From the NCBI GenBank assembly GCA_050633265.1, contig JBOEGE010000005.1, positions 227,413 to 291,412 of the forward strand: a DNA stretch of 64,000 nucleotides, written 5' to 3'. The translations under genes were made by a program, and so were the position numbers. The stretch is from Paracoccaceae bacterium. GTDB taxonomy: Bacteria; Pseudomonadota; Alphaproteobacteria; Rhodobacterales; Rhodobacteraceae. The notes beneath the pieces were generated by a model. That model was not told where the DNA came from. It ran no database searches and saw nothing but the letters and a program-made list of their open reading frames with translations. Below, piece by piece: positions 46,702 to 56,216 of the stretch. Positions within the stretch are counted from its first letter, which is position 1. The number at the start of each line of letters is the position of its first letter.

Positions 46702-47135
46702 GATACCCCCGCAATCAGCTTGCGCGCATGCCAGCGCAACGCGCCGAGGCGCACGGCCCCAAACATAGCACCGCGCCAGAGGCCAGGCATGCCCAGGACG
46801 CCAAGCGCCTCATGGAATACCTGGTCACACCGCCGCCGCGTATAGAAGCCGCTTTCCAGCATCCAATCATGAAGCGCCGCCGCCTGGATGTAGTCTGGGT
46901 GCGCCATCGGCACCAGCATCCGAAACGGCAAGGGCACTGATGCGCCATCGAATTGGAACCCATCGGGCACCTCGATCACCTCATCGGGATGCTCAAGGCT
47001 CCCCACGGCATAGCGGAAACCCTCCATCACCTCCCAGCGTGGCCGCTGGAAACCAGGGGGCAAAAAGCGCCTGATCCCGTGCGCATTGCTGGGCACGGCC
47101 ATGATCACCAGGCGATCCGTAAAGCTCGACATCAC
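46698..47135 (-). CDS. DUF1353-family protein
   Basis: GFQFDGASVPLPFRML....HPDYIQAAALHDW pattern. Confidence 0.6.
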   Translation of the reverse strand: MMSSFTDRLVIMAVPSNAHGIRRFLPPGFQRPRWEVMEGFRYAVGSLEHPDEVIEVPDGFQFDGASVPLPFRMLVPMAHPDYIQAAALHDWMLESGFYTRRRCDQVFHEALGVLGMPGLWRGAMFGAVRLGALRWHARKLIAGVS

Positions 47136-47410
47136 ACGCCCGCCCCGCTGATCTTGGATAGCTCAGCGCGCCGCTCGGCGCTCGCAATCGTGTGGAGGTC
47201 GCAAAGCTCGGTCGAGTAAAGACCCGCCGCGCATGCTCGCGCCACAGTCTCATCGATCCGGTCCTGGTCCTCGATGGTTTCACCTTGCGCCCCTGGGAGC
47301 GCATCGCCGATCACGCGATCAACGCCCTCGACACTGGCCGGTTGCAAAGTCGAACACCCCGCCACCGTCAATGCAACGCTCAAAAACAGAGCTAGCTTTG
47401 TCAGCCGCAT
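47132..47410 (-). CDS. outer-membrane lipoprotein spanin (Rz1-like o-spanin) candidate
   Basis: Internal ATG 47410 gives MRLTKLALFLSVALTVAGCST (lipobox). It overlaps the preceding gene out of frame by ~90 nt. Confidence 0.6.
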   Translation of the reverse strand: MRLTKLALFLSVALTVAGCSTLQPASVEGVDRVIGDALPGAQGETIEDQDRIDETVARACAAGLYSTELCDLHTIASAERRAELSKISGAGV

Positions 47411-47537
47411 CTCCTGCCTCCTGATTTTGTTCCATGACATCGACCTGGGCGCTCTCGCGTCCAAGCCCGTAAATGCTGGCGGCAATGGCAAGGATCGCCA
47501 CCGCCGCCAGCCCGATCAACATGAGCCGCGCGCGCAT
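47319..47537 (-). CDS. inner-membrane spanin (Rz-like i-spanin) candidate
   Basis: ATG 47537 shares a base with the lysozyme stop (TGATG). It has an N-terminal TM helix (LMLIGLAAVAILAIAASIYGL) and a periplasmic tail with 2 Cys. Confidence 0.5.
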   Translation of the reverse strand: MRARLMLIGLAAVAILAIAASIYGLGRESAQVDVMEQNQEAGDAADKASSVFERCIDGGGVFDFATGQCRGR

Positions 47538-48355
47538 CACGCGACCCCGCGCATGCAAAGCTCGGTCTCCTCGGTGCGCCGGTTGACCAGCCCGCGCACA
47601 ACGCGCCCGCCAGCCTTGTTCCACCAGCCGAGCGCGGTGCATGCCCCCGCAATGCTGCCCTCATTCAAGCGCCGCACTGCGGTGCTCTTTGAGGTGCCTG
47701 ACACCCCCACGTTGTAAGCGAGGCTGGTGAATGCCACGTCACGCGGGATGGGGAGCCGGTTTGCAAGGGTTTGGGAGGTAAAGGCGGGCCGCAATCGGTC
47801 GCGATAGGAGATGATCTCGCGCGAGAACATCGCATCACACTGGGCTTTGGTGTAGCTTTGGCCGAGCTGCACCCCCTTGGTCTCGCCGTAGCAGACCGTA
47901 GGGACGCCCACGATGTCGAGATAGGCCTCCAAACGGAGGCCCTCCCATCGTCCAATAAAGGGCACTGCCATCTCCAAGAAAGCGGTATCAACAGATGATC
48001 CGCCATCGGGGGTCACGGCCACATCCGGCGCGGGCGCTTCAATCGTGGGCGTTTTTGACATGGCCAAGACGCTACGATCCTGGAGCGCTAAGACCATCAC
48101 AAGCCCAAGCGCCAGCGCCCCTAGAAACCAGGGCGAGCGCATCTTGGTGCGGTCGATACCCTGATCCCAGAGCCGCCCGATGATGCCATAGATCAGGAGC
48201 GCTACACCCAGCATCCACCAGATGCGGGGATTGGTGTCGATCTCAAAGCCCCAAAAGATCACCTCAGGCAAGAGGAGACAAAAGAGGCTGGCGTAAAAGG
48301 CCCACATGCTATGCGCAGTTTTGGCCACTGATTTCCAATTCGCGATGAGTTTCAT
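47537..48355 (-). CDS. GH24 (T4/lambda-type) lysozyme fused to a ~110-aa N-terminal region with three TM helices
   Basis: The catalytic region is FIGRWEGLRLEAYLDIVGVPTVCYGET and the C-terminal end is GLVNRR..E. The N-terminus has WAFYASLFCLLLPEVIFWGF, IWWMLGVALLIYGIIG and WFLGALALGLVMVLAL. Confidence 0.8.
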   Translation of the reverse strand: MKLIANWKSVAKTAHSMWAFYASLFCLLLPEVIFWGFEIDTNPRIWWMLGVALLIYGIIGRLWDQGIDRTKMRSPWFLGALALGLVMVLALQDRSVLAMSKTPTIEAPAPDVAVTPDGGSSVDTAFLEMAVPFIGRWEGLRLEAYLDIVGVPTVCYGETKGVQLGQSYTKAQCDAMFSREIISYRDRLRPAFTSQTLANRLPIPRDVAFTSLAYNVGVSGTSKSTAVRRLNEGSIAGACTALGWWNKAGGRVVRGLVNRRTEETELCMRGVA

Positions 48356-48381
48356 CGGTCATTCCTTTCGAGGTTGAGGGC

Positions 48382-48951
48382 TTAGCCGGTTTGCAGATCG
48401 CTCAGGACAAAGGCCTGGAGCTGGAGGATGTGCTGGGACCACTCGCGCATGTTGGATGGCGCATTGGCGGTGAAGGCGTAGCGGCGCAAACGCCAGGCCA
48501 GGAAGTCGATCACCAGTTCGCCCTCATCGCGATCCGCGAGGGCCTCGATGCTCTCAGGATCGACCTGGCCATCCTCAGCGCTGATGCCCACCTTGCTCAG
48601 GAGGATCGCGGTGATCTTGGCACCTTGCAGCACGGCGCAATCAAACACTGCCACGGCCAGCTTGGGTGGCATCACCTCGCATGCGAAAGCATCCCAGAGC
48701 TCACCGGCGTTTGGTGCCGTGCGCCCGCTGGCGTGGCCGCTCATCGAGAATTGCACGGCCTGATCAAACACGGTGGGGATCGGTTGTGCCTGGCTCTGGT
48801 CACCACCTGTCTGCGGATCGCCAGCGCCTTGCATCTCACCAGCACCGGCTTGCGCCTGGGCATTGGTATCGCCTTGGGTCGTGGTTTGGGTTTTCGCCTC
48901 AGCGGCCTTTTTGGCGGCGGCCTTCTTCTGGGCTTCGGTCTGTTTTGCCAT
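48382..48951 (-). CDS. hypothetical phage protein (low-complexity K/A/Q N-terminus; C-terminal half faintly PG_binding_3/GH108-C-like)
   Basis: MAKQTEAQKKAAAKKAAEAK... followed by VFDCAVLQGAKITAILLSKVGISAEDGQVDPESIEAL. Confidence 0.35.
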   Translation of the reverse strand: MAKQTEAQKKAAAKKAAEAKTQTTTQGDTNAQAQAGAGEMQGAGDPQTGGDQSQAQPIPTVFDQAVQFSMSGHASGRTAPNAGELWDAFACEVMPPKLAVAVFDCAVLQGAKITAILLSKVGISAEDGQVDPESIEALADRDEGELVIDFLAWRLRRYAFTANAPSNMREWSQHILQLQAFVLSDLQTG

Positions 48952-48992
48952 GTGAGTTCTCCTCTGGCTGGGTTGAAGTTGAACGGGATCGC

Positions 48993-49412
48993 CTACCTTT
49001 GGCGCACCGCCAGCCCACGGGCGCGCAATGCGCCTGTGAGCTCATCGGCCACATCTTGGCCAAGCTCTGGGGCGAGAAAGTCGAGACCCTCGCGCTCCAG
49101 CTCATCCACCGCTCGCGCCAGCCAAGGGTTGCCCTTGCGGGCAGGTTGCTTGACCGATTTTGCGGGGTGTCTCCCGCCCTTCCAGGCGAGCGCTTTCTTG
49201 CGTTTTGGTTTGATGGTGAGCGCGGGCCTGCCATCGTGAACGGCGCGCGCATAGGGCGTGTTGACTGACAAAATGGCATCGTCTTGACCAACTGGCTCGG
49301 CGGGCACATGCGCCTTGCGCAAATCGCCTTTGTCAAAGGGCACATTGCCTTTACGTGTCGCGATCTCGCGTAGCTTTTCCGCTACCTGGAGGCTGATGCG
49401 TTGGAGGTTCAT
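48993..49412 (-). CDS. HK97 gp10 / virion-morphogenesis (tail completion) family protein
   Basis: NVPFDKGDLRKA....ILSVNTPYARAVHDG....NPWLARAV pattern. Confidence 0.45.
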   Translation of the reverse strand: MNLQRISLQVAEKLREIATRKGNVPFDKGDLRKAHVPAEPVGQDDAILSVNTPYARAVHDGRPALTIKPKRKKALAWKGGRHPAKSVKQPARKGNPWLARAVDELEREGLDFLAPELGQDVADELTGALRARGLAVRQR

Positions 49413-51145
49413 GAGAGCACCTCGATGCCCAGCCCACCGCTGCCACCGCCTGGCTTTGCGCGCCCATCGGCGGCAAGGGCAACGGCCCAGAAAAGGTCAC
49501 CATGCCCCTCATCATTGCGCTCGGCATCATACTTGATCGAGGTGCCGCTGGTGATCTTTTGGATCGAGTGCATTTGCGCCAGGACATCGGGATCATTCGG
49601 CAACAGGAGGCGGCGCTCCTCGGCCAGCTTGAGCACGTTCAAAGCAAGCTTTGACTTGCGCTGAGCTGAGAACCAAACGCCCTCAAAACGCTCTGGGCTG
49701 GCGGTGTGGAGCTCCTCGGCGAGTTGCATGCCGAGGCCCGTCTTGTCGATCTTCCAGCTCTCAATATCGAAACGCCCATCAACCTCATGGATGGTGGCTT
49801 TCTGCGCATCGAATTTCATGCCCTTGTGCATTTCGTGGTGCATGAGGGCAAAGCGATCTTTCCACTTTTTCCCATCGACCTCCTGGCCCACCAAGGCGAT
49901 GGCCGTGCGGTCATTGATCCGGCCCACATCGACACCACCGCGCAAGCGGCCATAGCGATGCGGCAAGATGCGCTCCTCGGTGAGCGAGTGGAGGAGCTCC
50001 CAGGACAAGAGCGCTGAACCATTCTCGGCCCACTGGCACTCATAGAACATGGCCCAGCTCTCGCTATCAAAGAGCATGCGCAGCTCATCGAGACCGCCAG
50101 GCAAGGGCATTCCTTGGCTGATCGCGTCCTCGATGGTGATGGTTTTGCGCGACCAATGGCCGTGCTTGTTTTTGTGGTTGGTGGCGATCTCCCAGAACAA
50201 TGACCCAGGCAAGAACGGTGTGGAAAACACCGTGACGCGGCCACCCATTGCGGTGATCGATGGGATCACCGCCGCCCAAAGCATGCGCTGATTGCGCACC
50301 CAGGCAAACTCATCGAGCCAAACATCGCCAGGCCAACCCTGGGCGGTGCGGAAGTTGGTGGACATGGCCACGATCTCGGTGCCCATGATCTTGAGTTTGT
50401 TGGCCTTGTCCTCATCGATCAGGACCTCCAGGCGCGCGGCGTGGTGGCGCACATAGGCGAGGATGATCTGGGCTTGGCGCTCGGATGCTGAGACCACAAT
50501 CTGAGGGCGTCCAGCCATCGCGCCGAGGAGCACGGCCAACCCCACAACGTAAGAGAAACCGATCTGGCGCGCCTTGAGGATGATGCGGAACCGGCCCTCA
50601 TCCTCAAGAAACTCGGTTTGATACCCATAGAGCCCATATTCGGGATCAAGGACGCGGGCCAATGCCTCGGATGAGACCGCATTGGAAACCGTGGGCCGAG
50701 GCTTGGGCTTGGGTTGCGATTTATTCACTCGATCCAATGACTTGGTGAGCATGGCGAGGCGTTGCGCCTGGGCGTTGCTTGGGTTTTTGACGCGGCTGAG
50801 CCGGTGAATTTGAGCCTCGATCCCGTCCGATGTCTCGCGCCGCTTGCGCAAGTCACTGCCCCAATCGCCTTTGGAGGCCCAGGCGCGCACCGTGCGCTCA
50901 GAGCACCCGATCACCGTCGCAATCTCGCTGGTGCTGTCACCGGCCATGTAGCGGGCCAATGCATCCTCTTTTTGCGCCTCGGTGAATTTGGGAGGGCGAC
51001 CTGGGCGCTTGGATGTGGCTGAGAGCCGCTGAGAGGACTTAGAATGCGTCAAGTCATTCTTTTTTGGGTGAGTGGTGCCGATAGGTGGACAATGCCCCTC
51101 AGCGGCGCTCTCTGTTGATGTATTGGAAACAGGTTGCTTTGCCAT
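49409..51145 (-). CDS. terminase large subunit, P2 gpP-like (N-terminal HTH + ATPase/nuclease)
   Basis: The N-terminal HTH is ARYMAGDSTSEIATVIGCSERTVRAWASKGDW. Also contains YQTEFLEDEGRFRIILKARQIGFSY, VVSASERQA and VWLDEFAWV. Confidence 0.8.
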   Translation of the reverse strand: MAKQPVSNTSTESAAEGHCPPIGTTHPKKNDLTHSKSSQRLSATSKRPGRPPKFTEAQKEDALARYMAGDSTSEIATVIGCSERTVRAWASKGDWGSDLRKRRETSDGIEAQIHRLSRVKNPSNAQAQRLAMLTKSLDRVNKSQPKPKPRPTVSNAVSSEALARVLDPEYGLYGYQTEFLEDEGRFRIILKARQIGFSYVVGLAVLLGAMAGRPQIVVSASERQAQIILAYVRHHAARLEVLIDEDKANKLKIMGTEIVAMSTNFRTAQGWPGDVWLDEFAWVRNQRMLWAAVIPSITAMGGRVTVFSTPFLPGSLFWEIATNHKNKHGHWSRKTITIEDAISQGMPLPGGLDELRMLFDSESWAMFYECQWAENGSALLSWELLHSLTEERILPHRYGRLRGGVDVGRINDRTAIALVGQEVDGKKWKDRFALMHHEMHKGMKFDAQKATIHEVDGRFDIESWKIDKTGLGMQLAEELHTASPERFEGVWFSAQRKSKLALNVLKLAEERRLLLPNDPDVLAQMHSIQKITSGTSIKYDAERNDEGHGDLFWAVALAADGRAKPGGGSGGLGIEVLS

Positions 51146-51160
51146 TGCCGCTCACACCCC

Positions 51161-52441
51161 TCAGGATCGCGCCAGGAGGGCCACGAGGACATCCATTGAC
51201 CCAGAGGATGCTGAGCGCTCAATGGGTGCTCCTGAGGCCGCTGAGCCGCTCTGAGCGGAATTGGCCAAAGCGGGCATGAGCACACGCGCCTCCTCGGCGG
51301 TGATGATCCCAGAGCTCACCAGCCCTGGCAGGTCCTTGGCGTCGTCGCCTGGCGGGGTCAGATCAAGCGGGCGGAATGCAATCTCGCCCGCGCCAAGCGA
51401 TGCCTCGGCATTGCCTGGCTTGAGGCCCAGCTCTTTGAGGATCGGGCGGAGTTGGTCCAGCATGCGCCGCCGCTTGGGCTTGAGGGTCAGATGCTCAAAG
51501 GTGAAAAGCTGCCCCGTCACCTCGCCGCCACCGCCAAGCTGGCCAGCGGTCATGATGCCGAGGACGCGCGGCGGGGTGCCGTGCGCCACGGGAATGCGAT
51601 CCCGCGCGGCATCGATCAGTTTGAGGAAATCGCCATCTTTGACCTCAGCGGTGAGGCGCTTGATGTCGATCTGACCCTCCTCTCCAGTGGTCATGACCAG
51701 TGTGCGGTGGGCGTTGTCGAGCCCCTGGTGCTCATTACGGAAAAAGTCTTGGATCGCCTTTTTCTGAGCGGCTGATGGGGTCAAACCTTTGAACGTGATC
51801 GCATACTCTGGGATCGCGTTATTCTTGAAAAACGAGGCATTGTAGCGGGTTGCCGCCAAGGCCAGCTCCAGCATTCCCTCAGCGCCGATCCATGTTGGCA
51901 AGGCATAGCGCCGCCCCATCGGGCAAGGTTCGCGCAAGTGGACAATCTCGCGGGAGGTGAATGTCACCTTGCGCGTGTCGCCGTTGGGCTTGCCGATCCG
52001 CTGGAGGTAGCCATCGCGAAAACGGCTCATGGTGATCGCGGGCAAGCGCCGCAAGCCGATGATGCGCTCGCCATCGCTGGATCGGATCACCTGGAGGAAG
52101 GCGTTGCCATAGGTGCCGAGATCGAGGTCGAGCAACATGAAAAGCTCAGTCGCGCCGGTATCGCAAAGCTCCTCGATCCGCTCAGCCTCGCCCAAGAGAC
52201 CGCCACCGAATGCGCCCTCGGCCTTCACATGGATCGCGCGGCTATGCTCGGCGCTGGCACGGTAAAGCGCTGAGAGACTGCGCACTGGGATCGGCCAGAG
52301 AAACTCACCATCCAAGCCGACCTCGGCCCGTGACGTGAGCAAGCCATCGATCTCGGATTTATGCACCGAGATGGTGACCGCCTCGGCGGTGGATTGGGCC
52401 TCTGTTTCGGAGCCTGCGGGTGGGGTTTCATCTTTGCTCAT
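51161..52441 (-). CDS. portal protein, PBSX/P2 gpQ family
   Basis: LDLGTYGNAFLQVIRS..GERIIGLRRLPAITM and YALPTWIGAEGMLELALAATRYNASFFKNNAIP. ATG 52441 is preferred to TTG 52462. Confidence 0.75.
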   Translation of the reverse strand: MSKDETPPAGSETEAQSTAEAVTISVHKSEIDGLLTSRAEVGLDGEFLWPIPVRSLSALYRASAEHSRAIHVKAEGAFGGGLLGEAERIEELCDTGATELFMLLDLDLGTYGNAFLQVIRSSDGERIIGLRRLPAITMSRFRDGYLQRIGKPNGDTRKVTFTSREIVHLREPCPMGRRYALPTWIGAEGMLELALAATRYNASFFKNNAIPEYAITFKGLTPSAAQKKAIQDFFRNEHQGLDNAHRTLVMTTGEEGQIDIKRLTAEVKDGDFLKLIDAARDRIPVAHGTPPRVLGIMTAGQLGGGGEVTGQLFTFEHLTLKPKRRRMLDQLRPILKELGLKPGNAEASLGAGEIAFRPLDLTPPGDDAKDLPGLVSSGIITAEEARVLMPALANSAQSGSAASGAPIERSASSGSMDVLVALLARS

Positions 52442-52598
52442 GAGCAAAGAGATACCGCGCAAAATAATGCGACAATATCCCCCTAAGCCATTGAAAGTTT
52501 AGTTATAAACCAGAACCCGCCCACCTATCTGGCACGGCATTAACTGATCAGGCAAGAGTGATTTCAGGAATTTTTTGAAACGCTGAGGAGGCGAGCCA

Positions 52599-53525
52599 TT
52601 GGCTAAGCTCACAGACCTATCAGTTAGCTTTTTGTCCCTGGTCAAAACACCAGCCACGGGCAAGGGCCTGACCTTGAAAGCCGCCGATGGTGAGCGCCCC
52701 GCCGCTTTCGATCTGGTGGTCAAAAATGACGACATGATGCGCGCCTATGGCGTGGTCTATGCGCCTGATCAGGAGGACGCGCACGGCGACACCGCCGATG
52801 CCGACACCATCCGCAAAGCTCAAGCCGAGTTCATGCGCGAGGGTCGCCTCAAGAACATCGACACCGAGCACTCATTCACCAGCGAGATGGCCTATGTGGC
52901 CGAGAGCTGGCTGGTGCGCAAAGGTGATCCGCTTTTCCCTGATGAGCCTGAGGGCTCTTGGGCTGTAGGCATCCAGATCGGCGACCCCGACCTCTGGAAG
53001 CAACTGAAATCCGGCGAGCTGACTGGCATCTCATTGGCTGGGATCGCTCGCATGGAGCCTGGGCCGGATGATCCAGCCCACCCTCGGTATACCGAGAAAG
53101 ACGCCGCGCCTGGATGGGTCGAGCGTTTCATCAAAGCGCTGACCGGCGTGAACCCCCAAGAACCTGTCGAGGAGACTGACATGACCAAAGATGAGGTCCA
53201 GGCATTGGTTGGCGAAACACTGAAAAGTGTGCTGCCCGATGCGCTCAAGGACGCAATGAAAACCGCTGGCGATCCGCCCGCGAAAGAAGAACCCACCGAG
53301 GTGGAAAAGGCCGTTGCCGCCGTGCTCAAGGCGCATGGCATCGAGCCGAAAGAGCCCGCCGCTGGTGAAGGTGAAGGCGATCAGACCGACATCCAAAAGG
53401 CTGTCGATGAGGCCGTCACAAAGGCGCTCGGCACCAAGGTCGATGATGCCATCACCAAGGCCCTGGCAAAGGGCGTGACCGAAACCGACCCAACCACGGG
53501 CGCAACCGAGGAGAGCTTCGCATGA
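52599..53525 (+). CDS. capsid scaffold / XkdF-like prohead protease fusion (P2 gpO position)
   Basis: TTG start after GAGGAGG. Contains VSFLSLVKTPATGKG, YAPDQEDAHGDTADADTIRKAQAEFM and GELTGISLAG. The C-terminal half is acidic and helical. Confidence 0.6.
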   Translation: MAKLTDLSVSFLSLVKTPATGKGLTLKAADGERPAAFDLVVKNDDMMRAYGVVYAPDQEDAHGDTADADTIRKAQAEFMREGRLKNIDTEHSFTSEMAYVAESWLVRKGDPLFPDEPEGSWAVGIQIGDPDLWKQLKSGELTGISLAGIARMEPGPDDPAHPRYTEKDAAPGWVERFIKALTGVNPQEPVEETDMTKDEVQALVGETLKSVLPDALKDAMKTAGDPPAKEEPTEVEKAVAAVLKAHGIEPKEPAAGEGEGDQTDIQKAVDEAVTKALGTKVDDAITKALAKGVTETDPTTGATEESFA

Positions 53526-54457
53526 GCCTGATCACCATCAACGGCCAACAGATCGACGATATTGTCGCGGTTTCCAAAGGCATGATCGATGCCGAGGACC
53601 TGCGCAATGGCGGCGAGCTGAAACCACAGGCCGCATCCCGCCTGATCTCGATGCTTTTCCAGGACACTTTCCTGACAAAGATCACAACCGAACGCATGAG
53701 CCGCCTGACCAAGGATGTGGACGTGCTGGACATCATGCGCCGCCAACTGGTGCGCGTTCCCCAAGGCACTGACCCTGATGCGGGTCAATTCGGCGATGCC
53801 GCTGAGTTCGGCTGCAAGCTGACCGCCCTGGATGTGCAGCTTTTCCCCACCCTGACCTTGGATTTCCTGCGTGAAAACAAGGACAACCCCAACCTGCTGA
53901 AAGAAATCGAGACGGGTTTCAACACTCGCCTGACCACCGATCTTGTCGATCTGGGTTTCAACGGCATTGCCGATGATGCGGCGGGCGCTGATCGCGCGGC
54001 CAAGTTCATCCGGCTCAACAAAGGTTGGCTCCAGATCATGCGCGATGCGGGCAACACGCCCAAGATCGACATCGATCCCGCGACCGATGGCTGGATCGCG
54101 TCCCTGCGCACCATCATGGATGCGTCTGACACGCGGTTCCGCAGCTCCTCGGTGTTCCTCATGAATGAAGCCGATGCCGATGAGTATGCGCGCGAGCTGA
54201 ATGCGCCGATCACCGGCACGGCGATGAATGCCGATAGCCCGTTGCGCCGCTTTGAAGGCAAGGCCATCGAGGCCCACCCTGACATGCCGCGCGGCTCGGT
54301 GGCGTTCACGCCGCTGAAAAACCTGGTCTATGGCGTGAGCACTGATGTGCGCCGTGATCGCGCCTATCACTCGCGCAAGCGGGTCCTCGAATACACCTTC
54401 GATATGGCGGTGGATTACGAGGTGGCGGTCAAGCAAGCCGCTGTGCTGGGCGAGTAA
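53522..54457 (+). CDS. major capsid protein (P2 gpN / XkdG position)
   Basis: 311 aa, directly after and overlapping the scaffold gene. The assignment rests mainly on position and size. Confidence 0.6.
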   Translation: MSLITINGQQIDDIVAVSKGMIDAEDLRNGGELKPQAASRLISMLFQDTFLTKITTERMSRLTKDVDVLDIMRRQLVRVPQGTDPDAGQFGDAAEFGCKLTALDVQLFPTLTLDFLRENKDNPNLLKEIETGFNTRLTTDLVDLGFNGIADDAAGADRAAKFIRLNKGWLQIMRDAGNTPKIDIDPATDGWIASLRTIMDASDTRFRSSSVFLMNEADADEYARELNAPITGTAMNADSPLRRFEGKAIEAHPDMPRGSVAFTPLKNLVYGVSTDVRRDRAYHSRKRVLEYTFDMAVDYEVAVKQAAVLGE

Positions 54458-54460
54458 ACC

Positions 54461-54883
54461 ATGCCTGAGGTCGCAATCGTCACACCGGCTGAGATCAGAG
54501 CCTTTGCCAACCTCCCTAGCGAGGTTCCTGAAGCTCTCCTCACCAAGCACATCGAGATCGCCGAGCGCGCTCTCGCAAGTGCCGCCGGTGTGGCGGTTGC
54601 GCCTGAGGGCCTGGAGCAAGAATGGACCGAGGCGCTCACCGTGCGCGCCTTGGCCAGCGTCTTTCCCTGGCTAAATACCTTCGCGCTCGATGGCGCGGCA
54701 AAGGTGGGGCGTCTGGAGGGATCGGTCGAATACCGTTTCCTCGATGCCGATGAGGTCGAGGCGAAAGTCAAAGGATTGATGAGCCGTTTCGAGGAGCTGG
54801 TGGCCAAGGTCACCCCCGCCGATCCGGCTGACGAAACACAAGGCCAAGCCAGCGCTGACACCGCCTGGCTCGGCGCTATCTGA
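54461..54883 (+). CDS. head-tail connector (gp6-like) protein
   Basis: ITPAEIRAFANLPSEVPEALLTKHIEIAERAL is a typical N-terminus for this family. Confidence 0.45.
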   Translation: MPEVAIVTPAEIRAFANLPSEVPEALLTKHIEIAERALASAAGVAVAPEGLEQEWTEALTVRALASVFPWLNTFALDGAAKVGRLEGSVEYRFLDADEVEAKVKGLMSRFEELVAKVTPADPADETQGQASADTAWLGAI

Positions 54884-54892
54884 GGACCGTTC

Positions 54893-55399
54893 ATGCGCCT
54901 GCGCACCCGCCTTTCTGAGGAGCTCAAAGCCCGCCTGATCGCCACCTTGCCTGAGGCGGTGGAGACGGTCTGGGATCACGTTGCCGTTGTGGTGATGGTC
55001 GAGCAACTCAAATTTACCTCAGCCGGTGGGCTGGAGGGTGACTGGGAGCGCCGCACCCAATTTGAGGGCGTTGTGCGCGCCGAGCTGCGCGCCGATGCCA
55101 TCGATAGTCTGGAGGTCGAGCCTCTGATCACCAACCTGGTGGCTGATCCCGTGTTTCTTGGTTTTGAGGCTGAGCTTGAGGTCGATCAGATCAGCGAAAA
55201 GGCCCGCATTGTGCTGGCCGAGTGGCGTGACACCATCCGCGATCAGGATGTGGCCAGCGCCTTGCGCTTCACTGTCACCGGCACCATCGCCGCCTATCAT
55301 GGCCCAGCGGTGCGCCCTCAGCTCCTGGTGGGCCAAGCGCCTGACATCGGCGCGGGCAATGCCGAGGCCTATGATGGCTCGATTGGCGGTGACGCATGA
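54893..55399 (+). CDS. hypothetical virion protein (head-tail joining/tail completion position)
   Basis: Assigned by position only. Confidence 0.4.
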   Translation: MRLRTRLSEELKARLIATLPEAVETVWDHVAVVVMVEQLKFTSAGGLEGDWERRTQFEGVVRAELRADAIDSLEVEPLITNLVADPVFLGFEAELEVDQISEKARIVLAEWRDTIRDQDVASALRFTVTGTIAAYHGPAVRPQLLVGQAPDIGAGNAEAYDGSIGGDA

Positions 55400-55866
55400 G
55401 CGATTTCGACACCACCGAGAATGACCGCCGCCTCGCCAACATCGCCCAGATGGGCGTGGTCGAGGAGGTCAAGTATTCCAACCCGCCCAAGGCGCGGGTG
55501 CGCGTGGGTGAGCTTCTCACCGGCTGGCTGCGCATGGGTGTGCGCCGCGCTGGCGATGCGCATGAGAGCTGGGCCTATAGCGTGGGTGAGGAGGTCCTGG
55601 TGGTCTCGACATCCGGCAACATGGCCCAGGGTGTGATTGTGTGCAGCTTGGCCAATGGTGCCAACGTGGCTCAAGCCGCTGAGGGCAAGTTCAAAACAAC
55701 CTACCCAGGCGGCGAGATCATCGAGATCGCTGGCGGTGTGGTGACCATCACCGCGCCTGGCAATGTGATCGTGAATGGCGATGTGATCGCCAACGGGATC
55801 AGCCTGATCAATCACGTCCACGGCGGCATCTCGCCTGGCCCAGACGATACGGGGAAACCCAAATGA
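55396..55866 (+). CDS. baseplate assembly protein V (spike/hub, gpV-like)
   Basis: RLANIAQMGVVEEV......ARVRVG..LTGWL and INHVHGG. Confidence 0.75.
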   Translation: MSDFDTTENDRRLANIAQMGVVEEVKYSNPPKARVRVGELLTGWLRMGVRRAGDAHESWAYSVGEEVLVVSTSGNMAQGVIVCSLANGANVAQAAEGKFKTTYPGGEIIEIAGGVVTITAPGNVIVNGDVIANGISLINHVHGGISPGPDDTGKPK

Positions 55867-56216
55867 GTGTGATTGGCCTTAACGCAAACAACGGGCGCGC
55901 CATCGATGGCCTGGATCACTTGCGCCAATCGGTGCGCGACATCCTGATCACGCCCCTGGGATCGCGCGTCATGCGCCGTGACTATGGGTCTGGGCTCTTT
56001 GAGCTCATCGATGCCAACCTGACACCGCTCACCCTGGCGCTGATCTATGCGGCCACCGTCGATGCTCTGCGCAAGTGGGAGCCTCGCTTGCGGGTCACTC
56101 GCGTCCAGGCCGAGGCCTTGCCTGAGGAGCTGGAGGCTGGGCGCATCTCGATCACCCTTGATGGGCAATATCTGCCCAGCGGTGAGGAAATCCGGCTGGA
56201 TGGGGTGGTGCTATGA
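55863..56216 (+). CDS. baseplate protein gpW/gp25 family
   Basis: LRQSVRDILITPLGSRVMRRDYGSGLFELID. Confidence 0.8.
   Translation: MSVIGLNANNGRAIDGLDHLRQSVRDILITPLGSRVMRRDYGSGLFELIDANLTPLTLALIYAATVDALRKWEPRLRVTRVQAEALPEELEAGRISITLDGQYLPSGEEIRLDGVVL

Noticed and set aside
53381-54619. 412-aa minus-strand ORF
   Set aside because: It is antisense to the capsid gene inside a tightly coupled plus-strand virion operon.
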